NCBI GenBank assembly: GCA_964552375.1
Contig: CAZKFX010000002.1
Coordinates: 1 to 63,085, forward strand
Reading direction: 5' to 3'
From: an uncultured Candidatus Saccharibacteria bacterium
Lineage (GTDB): Bacteria; Patescibacteriota; Minisyncoccia; Minisyncoccales; CAZJYT01
Length of the DNA stretch: 63,085 nucleotides
In this document: positions 62,647 to 63,085 of the stretch, piece by piece
Numbering within the stretch: position 1 is the stretch's first letter
Layout: every line of letters starts with the position of its first letter
Made by a program: the position numbers and the translations under genes
Notes under the pieces: generated by a model
Seen by the model: only the letters and a program-made list of their open reading frames with translations
Databases searched by the model: none
Told to the model about the DNA's origin: nothing

Positions 62647-63085
62647 ATGCAAGATTCATTTTACGAGGAAAAAAGAAAAAATGAAAGTGAAGCAGATACA
62701 CGAGTAAAGATTATTGACCCACAATTACGAAAATCAGGCTGGAAAGAGGAGGATATTAAACGAGAATTTTGTATCAAGAAAGGAAAAATAATAATTGAAG
62801 GAGATGAAGCTAAGAGAGAAGAAAGGAAATTTGCTGATTATCTTTTATTTTATAAACAATCTTTTCCAATTGCTGTTGTTGAGGCGAAACGTTATTTTAA
62901 ACATCATGCTGATGGTATTTCTGAAGCAAAAGAAAAAGCTAAAATTTTGGGTGTTTATTTTGCTTATTCTACTAACGGTAGGAAGTTTGAGGAATTTGAT
63001 TTTTCTACCAATACTCAAACAACTTTAGAAAAATTTCCATCACCTGAAGAATTATTTGAAAGATGGCAAAAAATTACAAATCAAA
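62647..63085 (+). CDS. hsdR: Type I (or type III-like) restriction enzyme R-subunit N-terminal nuclease domain; 3' end beyond the window
   Basis: Absent from the ORF track because no stop falls inside the window. Translation from ATG 62647 reads MQDSFYEEKRKNESEADTRVKIIDPQLRKSGWKEEDIKREF...RKFADYLLFYKQSFPIAVVEAKRYFKHHADGISEAKEKAKILGVYFAYSTNGRKFEEFD. The SEADTRxxxIDxxLxxxGW, ADYxLF and AVVEAK blocks form the HSDR_N / PD-(D/E)xK pattern. Confidence 0.75.
   Translation, partial: MQDSFYEEKRKNESEADTRVKIIDPQLRKSGWKEEDIKREFCIKKGKIIIEGDEAKREERKFADYLLFYKQSFPIAVVEAKRYFKHHADGISEAKEKAKILGVYFAYSTNGRKFEEFDFSTNTQTTLEKFPSPEELFERWQKITNQ

Noticed and set aside
62404-63028. ORFs 62404-62589 (-) and 62795-63028 (+)
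   Set aside because: The first is antisense to the radC remnant and has no motif. The second is out of frame within the much better supported hsdR-like reading frame that starts at 62647.

Overview
This is a strongly AT-rich, very gene-dense chromosomal segment with about 57 protein genes, 3 tRNAs and 1 gene remnant. It uses the standard genetic code: TGA acts as a stop, for example at the end of holB (20781-20783). Gene content and style suggest a small-genome Patescibacteria/CPR-like bacterium, but that is inference and no search was run. The supporting signs are tiny intergenic gaps, many 4-nt ATGA start/stop overlaps, no visible GGAGG-type Shine-Dalgarno sequences, a DUF5679 zinc ribbon, a membrane-anchored Clp-like ATPase, and a collapsed frr-rseP-proS neighbourhood.

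Contents from left to right:
- murJ (partial, non-ATG start, missed by the ORF track) and a CofE-like gene.
- Two plus-strand hypothetical genes.
- An aromatic amino-acid operon: an aroD-chorismate mutase fusion, pheA, tyrA, aroA, aroC.
- A DUF1614-like membrane protein, then secA, rpsT, uvrB.
- A small membrane protein coupled to a membrane-anchored Clp/Hsp100-like ATPase.
- proS, rseP, frr, holB, mreB, murA, and a GT4 glycosyltransferase with a 3' frameshift.
- A dcw operon (mraZ, rsmH, ftsL, ftsI, murF-like) that runs without a break into an unusual three-gene cassette: a small protein, a VirD4/TraG-like ATPase and a type II PI4-kinase-like protein.
- A cupin, DUF5679 and an adenylate-kinase-like gene.
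- ftsK, rpoC, rpoB.
- An ACT-domain protein divergent from dapB-dapA-dapL.
- tsaE, a PilB/GspE-like ATPase, yebC, and a LysM-CHAP hydrolase.
- comM, two tandem E/K-rich coiled-coil paralogs, pnp, an NYN-domain gene, rpsO, nusA, htrA.
- tRNA-Arg(CCU), tRNA-Ala(GGC), a ketopantoate-reductase-like CDS, tRNA-Ser(CGA).
- A radC remnant and the 5' part of an hsdR-like restriction gene.

Most noteworthy findings:
1. The ATPase / PI4KII-like kinase cassette inside the dcw operon.
2. The membrane-anchored Clp-like unfoldase with a degenerate first ATPase module.
3. An ACT-domain protein with palindromic, back-to-back promoters facing the dap operon.
4. The tandem coiled-coil paralogs.
5. The tRNA-Ser-adjacent radC remnant plus hsdR.

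No CRISPR array, rRNA, transposase or convincing intrinsic terminator was seen. All family assignments come from motif recognition by eye, not from database searches.
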